The translations under genes and the position numbers were made by a program. Positions 38,217 to 50,530 of a stretch of DNA of 64,000 nucleotides are shown piece after piece. The stretch lies in contig NW_013547012.1 in NCBI RefSeq assembly GCF_000711695.1, positions 124,001 to 188,000 on the forward strand. Direction: 5' to 3'. Numbering within the stretch: position 1 is the stretch's first letter; the number at the start of each line of letters is the position of its first letter. A model generated the notes under the pieces. It was given only the letters and a program-made list of their open reading frames with translations. It searched no databases and was not told where the DNA came from. Origin of the DNA: Tilletiaria anomala UBC 951 (Eukaryota).

Positions 38217-38277
38217 AACACAGCATAGCACAGCATAGCACAGCAAAGACGCAGCATATCGCAGCACATTTGGAACG
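38217..38277 (+). repeat. Imperfect pentanucleotide repeat (CAGCA/TAGCA) just before the TRP4 start codon
   Basis: aacacagcatagcacagcatagcacagcaaagacgcagcatatcgcagcac, read directly. Confidence 0.7.
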
Positions 38278-38282
38278 CAGAT

Positions 38283-40093
38283 ATGGCAGCCACAAGCAGC
38301 ATTGCACCGCCGCTTGTAAAAGGAAGCAATGCCGGCGCCTCAGCGCCGCACACGTCCGACACCTTTCGGCCGCTGCTCAAGAAGCTTACCCTCTCATGTC
38401 CGCTACCGCCCGCTTCGCCTTCAGAGGTAGCATCCTCATCATCGCTATCATCTGCCCATTCCCCCTCACAGACACACCCGCCAGGCCCTCCGTTGACCCC
38501 GGCTGACTTGCTGGCCCTGTTCGAGCACATGGCTGATGCCAACTTCACCTCCAGCCATGCGAACCATGCGCAGATCGGCGCAGCGCTGACAGCTCTACGC
38601 ATGAGCGGAATCGATCGCGAACCCGCAGCGCTCGCCATCGCCAGCAAAGTATTCCTGCAGTGCTGCTTGCGCGTGCCGCAGCGGGCGGTGCAAGGCGACG
38701 ATCAAAGCGATGGTCGTGGTGGGGGTGGGGGTGGTGACGGGAAAGAGTACACGGGTCTCCTCGACATTGTCGGTACCGGCGGGGATGGGCAGGATACATT
38801 CAACGTCTCGACCACCGCAGCGATCGTCGCCTCTGGTGTACCTGGCATTCGTGTCTGCAAGGTGAGAAGTTGAAGGCTGTCACCCCTTCTGATCGAACTG
38901 ATAACCGATCAAGCTGACGCCTTTTTGTCCCTTGCCACTCCTCTCAGCACGGCGCCAAGGCATCCTCATCAACGTCCGGTTCGGTTGACCTGCTCCTATC
39001 GCTAGGCATCCCGCTCTCGCGGTTACCGCCGACGTCGCTGCCGGACATCCTGCCGGCGTCTTCCTTCGCCTTCCTCTACGCACAGCTCTTCCACCCGTCG
39101 CTGGCGCCGCTGGCGCCGATCCGCCGCGCGCTGTCCTTCCCGACACTCTTCAACGTCCTCGGCCCGCTGATCAACCCGGCGCTGCCGCGACGCTGCGTGC
39201 TTGGTGTGCACTCGTATGGCCTCGGCAGGACCTTCGCCGAAGCGCTCCAGCGCCGCGGCGACGTCCAGCGCGCTTGGGTCGTTTGCGGCCGTGAGGGCCT
39301 CGATGAGATCAGTTGTGCAGGCGAGACGGATGTCTGGGAGCTCAGCGAGCGGGGCGAGATCACACAGCGCGTCGTCACGCCGGAAGACTTTGGCCTGCAG
39401 CGACATCCGCTCAGCCACGTCGGTTCTTTTTCGTCCGACGAGAATGCCGCAATAGTTTGGCGTCTGCTCTCGTCCACGACGGACGAAGACCTGCCACTGG
39501 AACCGCTCGCGAGCCCGTCTCGCCTACGCACACACGAGCTGCCAACTCTGCTCTCCACTTCCTCCTCCCTGTCTTCCTCCTTCTCATCCATCGCTTCTAT
39601 ACCCACCACGCCAACAGCCCCATCCACGCCGACCGGAACGTCGTCTCTCCCGCCCATACCAGCGAATACGCACCTGCGCGCCATCGCGGACTATACGCTC
39701 ATGCAAGCCGCTGCGCTGATCTACGTCGCGGGGCGCGCTCCGACGTTACCCGCGTGCGTACACCTTGCGCGTACGGCTATGCAGGACGGCAGCGCCAAAG
39801 CAGCGCTTGAGCGTTTTGAGCAGTGCGCAAACCGCGAGATTGCACGCAGTGACGAACAAGCGCGACGGAGAGCCGAAGAGGCGCAGGCGAACGCTACCTT
39901 AAATGCTTCAGCCGCAGAGGGAGACGCGAAGGAGCGTGAGGAGAAACCTGAAAAGATGCAAGGCAGCGACACTCGGAAATCTAGGCAACGTCTAAGGCAA
40001 AGGGAAAAGACAGACGATAGGAACCAGCTGCAGGACGGATTTGCATACCTTCCGGAACCCTCGCGCGATGCGAACGTCGGTACCGACGACTAG
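38283..40093 (+). CDS. TRP4: Anthranilate phosphoribosyltransferase, 2 exons (intron 38862-38947)
   Basis: AQIGAALTALR, DIVGTGGDGQDTFNVSTTAAIVASG, K|HGAKASSSTSGSVDLL, FHPSLAPLAPIRRALSFPTLFNVLGPLINPA, GREGLDEIS, TPEDFGL. Confidence 0.95.
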
Positions 40094-40387
40094 ACCCCTC
40101 ACTGACAGAGCCCCACGTTTCCGTTGCACCGCTACAGCTGCCATGCATGTCCGAGTACTCCTGCCAGTGGAGCGTCGCGCTCGATATCTTCGCACGCAGC
40201 CCCTCACCCCCTTACAGACCTAGTCGATTAGCCTATGTATGTATAAATGCAGTCTAGATTGTTTGAGTGCAAATATGACACTGCAACAGGATGTCTGAGG
40301 CTTTGGGTAAGACGAAGAAATCTGAGAGGAGAGTTGGCGTCCTCGGGACGAGTTACGCCGACATGATGATTCCGTACGCAGCATACA

Positions 40388-43300
40388 TCAAAAGCGTGCT
40401 TCCTGCACTTGCGCTTGCGCCTGTGCAAGCGCAGCGTCGAGATGCACATTCTGCAATGTAGCGCCGACAACCATAATATTCGAGCTATCGTTGGCAAGAC
40501 CGATGCTGCTGCTGCTGCTGCCGTCACCGCTGCTACCAGCCCCGTGCGCGACGCCGTGCAGCCAAGCCACCGTCATTTTCAGCCTGGCCACCTCATCAGG
40601 CAGCCAAGAGGGAAAGATCATGCCCATCGCCTTCCTCGCGCTGACCTGTGCACTCAACGCAGCGAGCAGCCGTTCCGCGTGCGAAAGCAGCGCATCGCCT
40701 TCGTTGAGCGCAGCATGCAGCTGCATCAGCGCTTTGACGTTCGACGCGGCACACTGGAGCTCGACCTGGCTTTGTTTCAGCGGCGGTCGAGGGGCATTTG
40801 GCGCATCGCCAATAGTGCCTCCAGCAAAGTTGCTGCTGCTGCCACTGTGAGATGCGGCACTGTGCTGAGCCGGCCGGCCAGACTGTGCCGTGTTTCCTGT
40901 CGTTCCTGCTGCGGCGGCGGCCGCCGATGTTTGCTCGGGCTCTACAGATGCCCCTGCGTCACTGAGCAGGCGCGAGGTCATGGCGATGACGCCATCGAGC
41001 CAGATCGAAAGCGATGGCGGAATGTAGGTGCGATGCAGGCTCGGTGTTGCAAGTGGCACAATGAATGTGGCAGAAGATGAGGCTGGGTGCTGCTGTTGCC
41101 CGTCGTTTCGAGTGGATGCCGCGCTGGTGTTCCCAAAATCGAGAATGTAGTTTTCGAATGTACGCTTAGTCCAGATGCCCGTCTACAATAATGTGTAATT
41201 GGTCAACATGCCAGAACGCATTGCGTCGCAGCCGCCATGGCCTCGCTCACCTTTCTCCAGATACTCAAGCGCAGCGGCACCAGCGCACAGCAGACGAAGT
41301 GCATGACCTGATTGCGCATTTGCGTACCCCCCTCGTCCAGCCCCTTGAGCCTGATGAAGATGAGGCGGTCCTCGAGCGCATCGAGCCGCTCGCTGAGCAC
41401 GAGCGCCTGCTGGTGGCTGCTGATGCGTGCAGCCTTGCACGCGATGCGCACGAGGTGTGAGCCGAGGCGGAGCAGCTCCTGTATGCAGTGGAACGATAGG
41501 GGTAGTTCCTTGGGCAGCTGCGATGGCTCCCAGTGGCCGATCGGGCGGACCATCTCGAGGTGCAGCGGCAGCTTGATGTTATCCTCGTGCGGCGCGAGGA
41601 GCATGTCGCGCATCCAGTGGCTCGACGGCGTCCAGCACAGGCGCAGCAGCGTCTCCAACAGCACGTCAGCATCGGCCGTGCCGCCTTCCAGGACGGCGGA
41701 CGGGGGTCTCGTGTAGAAGGCCGCGTCGGCGGACGCGGCGGAGCCGGGCACGGCGGCCGCCCAGCGGTTTCCGAGGATGGTCTGCTGGATGAGGTTGATG
41801 AGGTCGCGCTTCTCCTGCACGTCCTCGGACAGGAGCGTGAGCAGGGTGGTGGCCTGCGCCATTGTGATGCTGCGGTTGCTGCCGGACTCGATGGTCGCTT
41901 GGAGCTGCGTGATGGCCATCTTGTGCAGCTTGGCGACAATCTGCCGCGTGACTGGGTCTATGCTTAAGAAGTCGATGTTGAACGGCTCCGGGCGCTTCTC
42001 CTTGATGCTCATCATGGCCACGGCGAGCACGGCGGGAAGCAGCGCCGGGTGCGCCTTCGCACGTTTGTCGGCGTCTTGCAGCAACGCCATGAGCTCGGGC
42101 GGGTAGATCAAGCCAAAGAAGATGGCATTGCTCGTGGTGAAGTGCTCAGTGAGCGACTTGATCATGCGTCTCGAGCGTGCGCGAGAAGGCCCAAAGATCA
42201 GCACTACCTCATCCCACCAGCCCGGGTTGCGGCTGCTCCGGTTGTCCGGTTCGCGCGCGATCGTCGCGCGCGCTGCGTGCAGCCGCCGCCGCAAGGAATG
42301 GTTCCTGACGAGGTGCAGCGCAGATGCAGAACGGTTCCCCGTCAGCGCGGAAGGAAGCGGCTCCTCCGGTATGGCCGCGCCCACATCGTGGTCATCCTCC
42401 TCCTCCTCTGCCTTATCTTCGTCTTCCTCCTGCGACGATGCGACACTGGCGTCGTCGCCGTCGTCGTACAGCGCCGGGTCAACCTCGTAGCTCAGCCACA
42501 AATAGCCACTCGTGGCGGAAGCGGCGACCTGGCACAGTCCGTCGTCCGCCTCGGCGGAGCGCGTGAACGTGTGCTCGGGCGGTGGCGATGCCGTTATCTT
42601 GCTCCGCGACTGCGACTGCGATAGCGCGAGAGGCTGGACATGATCGGCAGATGTCCATGCGCGCGTCGGCTGCCCCTGCGTGTTGGGCAGAGACTGGTGC
42701 GGCGAGGCCATTGACACCGTAAAGCTTGTCGTCGCACGTCCCTTGCGCGGCTGCAACATGGGCGGAATCGACGTGATGCGACCAGCGGCGGGAGAGGAGT
42801 GATGCCCATCATGTATGTGAAGTGCCGTGGCTTGGGCAGCGGGAGGCTGTGTGTGAATTGGAGTTTCATCAAATGCGTGCTGCCCGCCCGATGGCCCGAC
42901 ACGGACGAGGTCAACAAGGGAAGCCCCGGGTGCAAGATCTAACGGGCGAAAATGCTCGCTCGGAACTGCGAGGTCCATGCCGCCGTCGGGGCTACCAACC
43001 GTTCGCGCAGCTATTGCCCCCTTTGCCTCGTTGTTTCCGTCTGACGTTTTGCTCTTCTCCTTGTTGGCCTTAGGTTTGCTGTATGGCCCCTCCTTTGCCG
43101 CAGCAGCTGAAGCTGCCCCTCTCCCTATGGCCAATTCCCGTCGCCCAGCGCCGCTGGCGGGCGCGTGTACACACTGCAAGCTGCGTCGCTCGCACTGCCT
43201 GCACGGCTGCTCGCCGTCGCAGCGAAGCTTGCGCAAGCGGCAGAACGTGCAAACCGTCACACTGGAGAGAACCTTTCCTTTTCCGTGGCCCGGCCTATTG

Positions 43301-44088
43301 CCACTCACAGCAGCAGTAGCAGCCGCAGGAGTACCATCACCGGTGCTGACGCTGTGCACCATGTTGTGTCCGTTGCTGAAGGCCACGCCATCGAGGGTGG
43401 CCACCGATGGACCGACCATGAGCGGAGGCTGGTTCAACGCAGAGTAGCTCACCACATGTCGCTGCGTTGGCGTTGGAACCATCGGCATCGGCATTTCAAT
43501 CGGATGCGAGGAGGGGCCAAGTGCATGCGAAGCTCTAGCTCCAGCGGGCAAGAAGGCAGGGTTCGGGATGTGCGCGGATTGCGCCAAGCCGGTCCAATGA
43601 TCTGCCTGCTCGTTTGTGGAGAACGATAACATGTACTGCTGTCCAGTGGCAATGGCATCGGCAGCGGCCGCCGCTGCCACCGCAGAAGTCTCTATTTTAT
43701 CGCCAAAAGGAATGGATTGCGCATACGGCACGGGCACCGTGGCGGAGTCGACGGGTATGAGGGGGAAGAACTGGCCGCCCATTGATTCAGTGGGGCGCGA
43801 CTGCTGATGCTGCTCGGAGAGAGGGACCTGCGGAACGTAAGCGGACGGTAGGGATGCGTGCTGCTGTTGGGGTTGCAGCTGCTGGTATGGTCTCTGTGCC
43901 GGCGCGGCATCGTGCCGAAGCTGCTGGTGCTGTATTGCGGGATCTTGCAGAACAGCGTCATCAAACAGCTGCGGCTGTGCGTGACTGTCGAACCGCAAAC
44001 CCAAGGGGCCGTCTGCCTTTTGGCCTTGCATCACGGCAGATGCTGACGCGTGAGAGGGCGCCAAGCTAGGCTTGGTCGTGTGGGACAT
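40388..44088 (-). CDS. Zn(II)2Cys6 binuclear-cluster transcription factor, 2 exons (intron ~41183-41250)
   Basis: CTFCRLRKLRCDGEQPCRQCERRSLQC after a Gln-rich N-terminus; helical middle and C-terminal region; in-phase splice IWRK|TGIW. Confidence 0.85.
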
Positions 44089-44549
44089 GGCAAACAAGCA
44101 GGACAAAACCGCCCGGATGATCAGCGATCAGCTGTGGTTACTCTGGCTGCGTTGTCTGCCAACGGGGGGTCTGGAAACGCAACCGCGTTGTCGGGCGCGA
44201 CCTGTAGTCGTGTCTTGATGCAGATGTGGTAGAGACGGCGTTGCTCTTCCTCAGAGACGGACAATGACTGCAGGGGGAGGTGATGGCGGCGGCGATCACT
44301 TTGGTGGGTTAAAACTGGACCTTATTGCTGGGAAGTTGACAGATGGCGACATCAAATACCCGGCCAGGTCGGCGGGTTATCTGCGTGCGTCCCTTGCCTC
44401 GACTTCACGGGGATGCAAACCCGACCAATGGGCGTCACCGAGGCGACGCAGCATGCATACATGCTGACTGACTGGCTGGCGCTCACGGCCAACCTCGTCC
44501 ACCTATCCTTGTGTCTGGCAATGGAACAGCTCTGCCTTGACTGCGGGCG

Positions 44550-45000
44550 ACATGCTTGCGCCGGACCGATGATGACATGACTAGACGGGCCGTTCTTCCT
44601 GCAAACTCCGAACTCGTGGCTCGAACCACCGGCTATATTCTGGTAGCATAGAACCCTTACTAGGTTACATACATACACTTGGCAGGCATGGTGCCGCGCC
44701 GTAAGCAGGGTCGGAGATTAAAAAGCCACATACCCAGGCCACACAACGCTCCGAGCCCGGGTCAGGGCTTTTTAAAGGGTTAGGGTTACGCGACAAAGTT
44801 CATCAACTATAAGGGAAGAACTTTTAGGCTCATCGGTAGAGACTTGCTGAGCTGCCGCCGGAAGTCCGAAGGGGGCCGCGGCATCGTGTTGGCACAAATG
44901 GGCCGACAGCACCAACAGTTCGATTATTGGCGCAATTGGTTCAAATAAAAAGTTCAGGAGGCGGGAGCTTAGATTCAGGAAGCATGCGGCAGTCACAGAC
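44550..45000 (-). mobile_element. Possible decayed Ty3/Gypsy integrase core fragment
   Basis: PFGLPAAAQQVSTDEPKSSSLIVDELCRV resembles RFGLPxxIVSDRDPKFTSxFWxELCR; downstream HEFG..NGPSS..GP resembles EFAxN..SS..SP. Confidence 0.45.
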
Positions 45001-45188
45001 ACTCAACAGAAAACATCACATATGCGCGCCCGCAGGGTGGGGAGGGGGGACGAATGCAATGACAACCGGCAGGCAGGCATGGGGCAAACGGTGTGCACAC
45101 GGTAATGTATGTCACATGTATGCGCAGGCGAGCGACTGGGTTTGCGTCCTGAGTGCCCCTCGCGCAAGGCAGGCGAATTGCGCTTTCT

Positions 45189-48100
45189 TCATTCCCCAGC
45201 GAAAAGTCGCTGCGTCCTAAATCATCATCATTCAAATCGAAAGAGACCAATAATAGTAAAAGTCAGTTCGATGTCTTCTACAAGGCGGGGGGGGGGCGAA
45301 GAGCCACCCATGGGAGACGCAGACGACCCACAGATATATGAGGCAGCCCAGGAACTTGATGAGCGCGAGCGCAGCCTGTGGAGGGAGAAGACAGGTGGCG
45401 ACATGTCAGCATCGACGAGACAGACAGGCGAGCAAGTGGCTCTATTCGCCAAGCGCAGATGCAACGCACAACGCTGTAGAGCAAGAAGCCTTTCGCACCG
45501 TGAAGAAAAAGCACCAGAGTTCGTCAGCAAGAGCTTCGCGATGTCAGACGCGAAAAGGACTTGTGCGTAGACTCTCACCCATGTACGTGATCTGCACATT
45601 CGTGCTCGTCACATTGAGGATACCGATCGCAAGACCCGCATTGGTTAGTGTCCAGATGAGCAAGACCCAGGTCCTGCGCGCGGCAAAACAGGGAAATAAG
45701 TTTCAGCCCACTGTCGAGAGCAGTTGTTCCATAATCTTGGTAGCAGAGACACACCTGATGGATGCATAGTAGTCCTACCATGAAGGCAAGTCCGCACGAT
45801 CAATCCCGCGATCAAAGAAGGAAAAGAAAAGGGAACCCTGTCTGCGAGCGACACGCACCTTCTGCTTCGTCTCATGGTCGATCTTTTGAATCTCCTTCGG
45901 CTTCTTGGTCGTTAGCACATGGCACGCGTCGTCGTACGCGTCGTTGATGTCCTTCGCCTCGGTGGGGATCGCCACGTCGACCTGGTTCTTGTTGCCCGAG
46001 CTGCCAACGACGCCGAGGTCGGTGGAAACTTTATCTGAGCCTTTTGTGCCCCAGCTGACGTCATGCGTGTTCGCAAAGGCGTATACATTGATCACGTTGA
46101 TGAAGCTCGGCGCCAGCAGCATGTACTGCAGGATCGAGGTGAACATGTGCCACGGCTGGAGCTGCAAGACACACGCTCGTGGCGAGAGTCAGCGCGCGCG
46201 CGGCCCACGGGACAATGGTCGTGCTCGTACAACGTGCACTCACGTATATCAGCGATGCAAGGAACCACACGCCGAAAGTCGACGCGATCGAGACGACGAT
46301 GTTGCGGAAGACGGCATTGCCAATCAGCGATGTCGCGTCGCCACTCTTCTCGGCCTTGATGATGCTCGTGATCGCCAGTGCAAGCGCAGCCGCGGTCATG
46401 TACATGGTCAAAAGCGCAAACACCGCCATCGCGGTGATGTACCCCCACTTGCTGCCCGCCGGCCGGTTGCCAAGTGCCATGAGGAAGCAGAAGACGACAA
46501 AGGCGAGCTGGCGGCAGCGGCAGCGGCAGACGTCCAAATTCGTGCTTGTCAGTTTTTTGCGTAGGCACGCAAAGTGAGGTGGAACTAGGAGCTCACGTAG
46601 ACGTATGTCAGGATGTAGTTCGGAACCTTCAGCTGCGGCACCACTTCCGAGACAGCTTTGGTCAGAACGTAGAAACTGATGAAGAAGTTGGCGAGCCCAA
46701 ACCAGGAGAAGATCAACGAGATGCTCTGGTAGAGAAGCTCTATGTGCAGCGCCAACTTGCGGCCGAACGAATGGCTCGAGCGGTAGATGTAGTCTTTCGG
46801 TCGGAAAGGGAGCCAGCAAGGTGTAAGTCAGAACAGAGCGCTTAGCACGCGTCGCTGCTGCTAATGAAACGCGCGCTGCGCCACTCACAGAACTATAGAT
46901 GCGAGACAACAGCAAGCGGAAAGGAGCATACCATGCGAGTCAGACTTTGGAGCCGCTCAAGCTCGCGTGCACATCTCGCAACACACCTTGACAATACTGT
47001 GGATACCAGCAAAGAACGACCCGTTAAGCCACCGCCGGCGCTGCGAGATGAGTTCAGCGACAGCGTCCGGCACGTCCGTGACCGCCTGGGCGCTCTTGAC
47101 GTAGTGCAGGATCCATGCGGCGTCGCGCTTCGAGCAGAGCTCCCAGCACAAGATGCGGTCCTCAGCCAAGTACATGTTGCTCGTGAAGATGTCCGCGTCG
47201 CTCGTGCCTCCGTGCAACGTCTCGCCTTTGAAGTACTGGTGCAGCGGACCCTGGCCCGTTGAGTCATTCTGTAGCGCAATGTACCTGTACGCGGAGAAGG
47301 CGCCGGGAAGGACGCTGATGTAGCCAAAGACGCTCTCGAGTGGTTTGTCGAGGATGTTGCTCATCTTGTACTCAAAATTTTGCGCTCCAACCAGCGGGTT
47401 CAGCAAGCCCTCCCAGAAGCGGCCTTTGAGTGCGACAATTTCGCCACAGGCACCGGCGACGTTGGAGTGAATGTCGAACGCCTTCCACAGCGAGTAGATG
47501 CTCTTGGCGCGCGGCATCGTTCCGACGTCGAGCAGGACGCAGACGTTGGGCTGCAAGATGGGCCCAAACGCGTTGAAGAACCATCGGTGCGAATTGATCT
47601 TCTTCTGGTTGCGCTCCTTGAGGCAGAACAGGATCTGCACCGGCATGATGCCTTTCTCACGGCCACGGAAACGAAGGTGCGGATCGACCGACAGCTGCGT
47701 CGTGTACCTGTGCGCGGTAAGGGGCATAGCGTCAGCAGAGATCTCAAGTGATCACGAGCTGCGCATCGACTCACTCGTAAATGTGTGCCGTGACCGGCTT
47801 TCCATTAACGACGTTCTTCGCGACACCCTCTTGATAGACGCCCATGGCGGCGAGAACGGAAAGTGTCCGGCTGTTGATCTTCATGCGTCCATCCGAGACG
47901 ATGCAAACGACGACCTTCTTCCATCCCTCTTTGCCCCACGTCTTGCTCCGCTCCCTCGTGCACAGGTGCGCAATGTTCGTCATAACACCGTGCATCGTGC
48001 GCGTGAACAGCTCCTCGTCCTCGTTGTACATGGTCAGCACGATAAACAGCTCAGTCCGGCGCGGCGGGTCGAAGAGCACCTGACGGAGCGTGTAGCGCTC

Positions 48101-48946
48101 GTCCTTGAAGTTGTCCGGGTCGCACGTGGCAGCAGTATAGCGCATGTGCGTGAACTCACGGCTTTCGCGGTCGTTGAGCTTGTCCAGAAGCTTTCCCGGC
48201 ACGGGACAGTCTAGGACGAGGTTACCGTGGTAGAGCTCGACTCGCTTCAACGTCTTGTACCTCCTCGGCACGCGCTGCGGAATGCGTCCGAAGCGGATGC
48301 CCGGCGCCATCTCCCCTTCTTCGAGCACGTTCGGGTCAAAGCCACCCGGCATATAGCTCGCATCGCTGGGGCGCTGTCGCTGTCGCCCATGCGCTTGGCG
48401 GTCGACGGCATCGCCATCTTCGGCGAACCGGTCCTCGTAGGGCTGCACAGGCGTGTAGCCACCCACTCCTCCGGCTACGCCCGCTGCAATCAATTGCGTT
48501 TCTCCCGTCTCTTCGCCGGGAGCTGGTGGGTAGCCGGGCAGATTTTGCGCGGATGGGTACGCTATGTCATTCGGATGCCCGTACGTTGCGCTGCCTTGAC
48601 GGAGGCCATACGGAGCGATCTGCGAGGAGCGCCGCCCGTGGTGCGCATAGTACTCCTCACTCTGCGGCCTTCTCGTCATCATGTACTCGTCCTGGGCATC
48701 ATAAGGAGAATGCTGCTCAGGCGTTCCGCCAGCGAACGGGTTGTCCATGTGAGCTGGAGGATGCGCGTGCTGGTGGTCGTGGTATGCGTCAGGCGGCGGG
48801 GCTGACGGGTAGCCATTGTGATGAGCGTGAGCCGGTGGAGGGGTGCTATAAGAATGGTCGACGGCTGTGTTTGGAGGAGGTGTCGGCATCCTGGGCGGTC
48901 CGCCGGCCAGGTAGGCGGACTCTGAGCCCTGTCCCCTAGGTGGCAT
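45189..48946 (-). CDS. Chitin synthase, division 1 (class I/II type), many exons including micro-exons
   Basis: [96 protein letters not shown]; reconstructed C-terminus ..RLFAGE*. Confidence 0.95.
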
Positions 48947-50279
48947 GGCGCTGATGGGGCGCCTGGTGAGAGTTGCTCTGGGTCGGTCAGGTCAAAGAAG
49001 GGCAAAGTGTGTTCAGACAGCGTGTCCCTAATCTGCTCGAACGCCTATCAGACAGGGTTTTGAGGTTGGGGAGGCTGCTCTTTGGAAGTCGAATTGGGGA
49101 GGGTTTTAAGCCCTTGTATGGCGGAAGATGTGGAGGAGGAGGTGGTGGTGAAGGAGCTTTCGCCTTGCAGCGACCAGGAGCGGGTGGTGATTGAGGAGCG
49201 CTTCGAGCAAAGCTGCGCACGGGAAGCGGTTCCGAGCTTGCTCTTGCGCGCGTCGCCGCGAAGTGTAATGCAGAGTCGATATTGAAGAGAAGAATAGAGG
49301 AGAGCTGGCTGCTCTCTTGTGCAGGTGCTGGCTGCTGACTTCGAGCATGGCACTCACTGCGATCATAGCGCTCAGGGGACACTTTCGCACCAATTAGGTC
49401 AATGGATTGCAACACTGCTATCCACTGCAGCCAGCGACTGTCACGTGTGTATCCTCTCACCTAACATGGGCTCTGAATGCGACCCAGTCGCCGGATCTGC
49501 GGCGAGAAGGAAAATGCGGTGCAAGTTACCACGACCGGAACGCCGTCCCATTCGGTGCAACACCAATCGACACTGTGGCCAATCGGCACACTGGCTATGA
49601 GAGAACACGAGAAACTTGTGCATGTGACGCACATGGTCTATCTTATAGCCTACTCTCGCAAAAATGTATAGCAAGCACATCCTGACTCTACTGCTGACTC
49701 CAATGCACTGCACTGCACAACATGGCACAGCCATCCCTGGAGTCTCTTCCCCATCCCCACCGGCCCACATTCCACGCCCCTTCTTGACTGCAAGCTGCTT
49801 TGTCAGGCGCTGGATGCATCAAGCAATGAGGAGCTGCGTAGTCATTACGTTGGGAGCATCGCACGGTAACGTACAGCCCTACCGATAGAGCATCATGTTT
49901 GGGACTCGCATGCAACGAACGTCAGGGGTAGAAGTGATGTCGCAGACGAAAGCACCCGTGGCCAGCATGGATTATTGACAATCGTTTGATTCAGCTGCTG
50001 CGCAGGAGAAGGGCTCGCCGACCGACCAGATTCGTATGTACCGCACGTGCGTGCTTAGCGGGTATCAGCAGTGCAAACCTCGTAGGTTCGTTACCAATAA
50101 ACACACAAAGAAACAGTGACTATGTGAAACGGTCAAGAGTTGGAGTGGGCCACCGCGGCTTGGCTCTCAGCTGCGCTACTGACTGGGTCGCACAGCCTCC
50201 GGAGTCCGATCTCTCTGTCCCTCGATGAATGTCAAGAACATCTGCGCATGAATCTACCCTCCATCTGCGTCTGTCTGGC

Positions 50280-50530
50280 CTGAAGTACATGGCCAACAAC
50301 GTCAAGATCACTGCCGACTCCATGATCAGTATGTCAGTCGCAAGAAAAACCACGACGAGCATCTTCGTGCGGTGAGATCCAGCGCTTCGGCGCGACGGAC
50401 AATTGGGCGTTGCTGCCAGCCTATCAAACAGCCTCCGCTGCAACACGGACCGTTCATAGTGACACCGATGGTGGTATGGTGCTTGCATCAGGCGGCAAAC
50501 CAGGTCCAACTGGTGTGGTCAAACGGACGG
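50280..50530 (+). mobile_element. Possible decayed Ty3/Gypsy RT fragment
   Basis: SRKKNHDEHLRAV (cf. SKTxEEHxEHLRxV) followed by GMVLASGGKPGPTGV (cf. GHVISxxGIKPDPxKV), across frameshifts. Confidence 0.35.
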
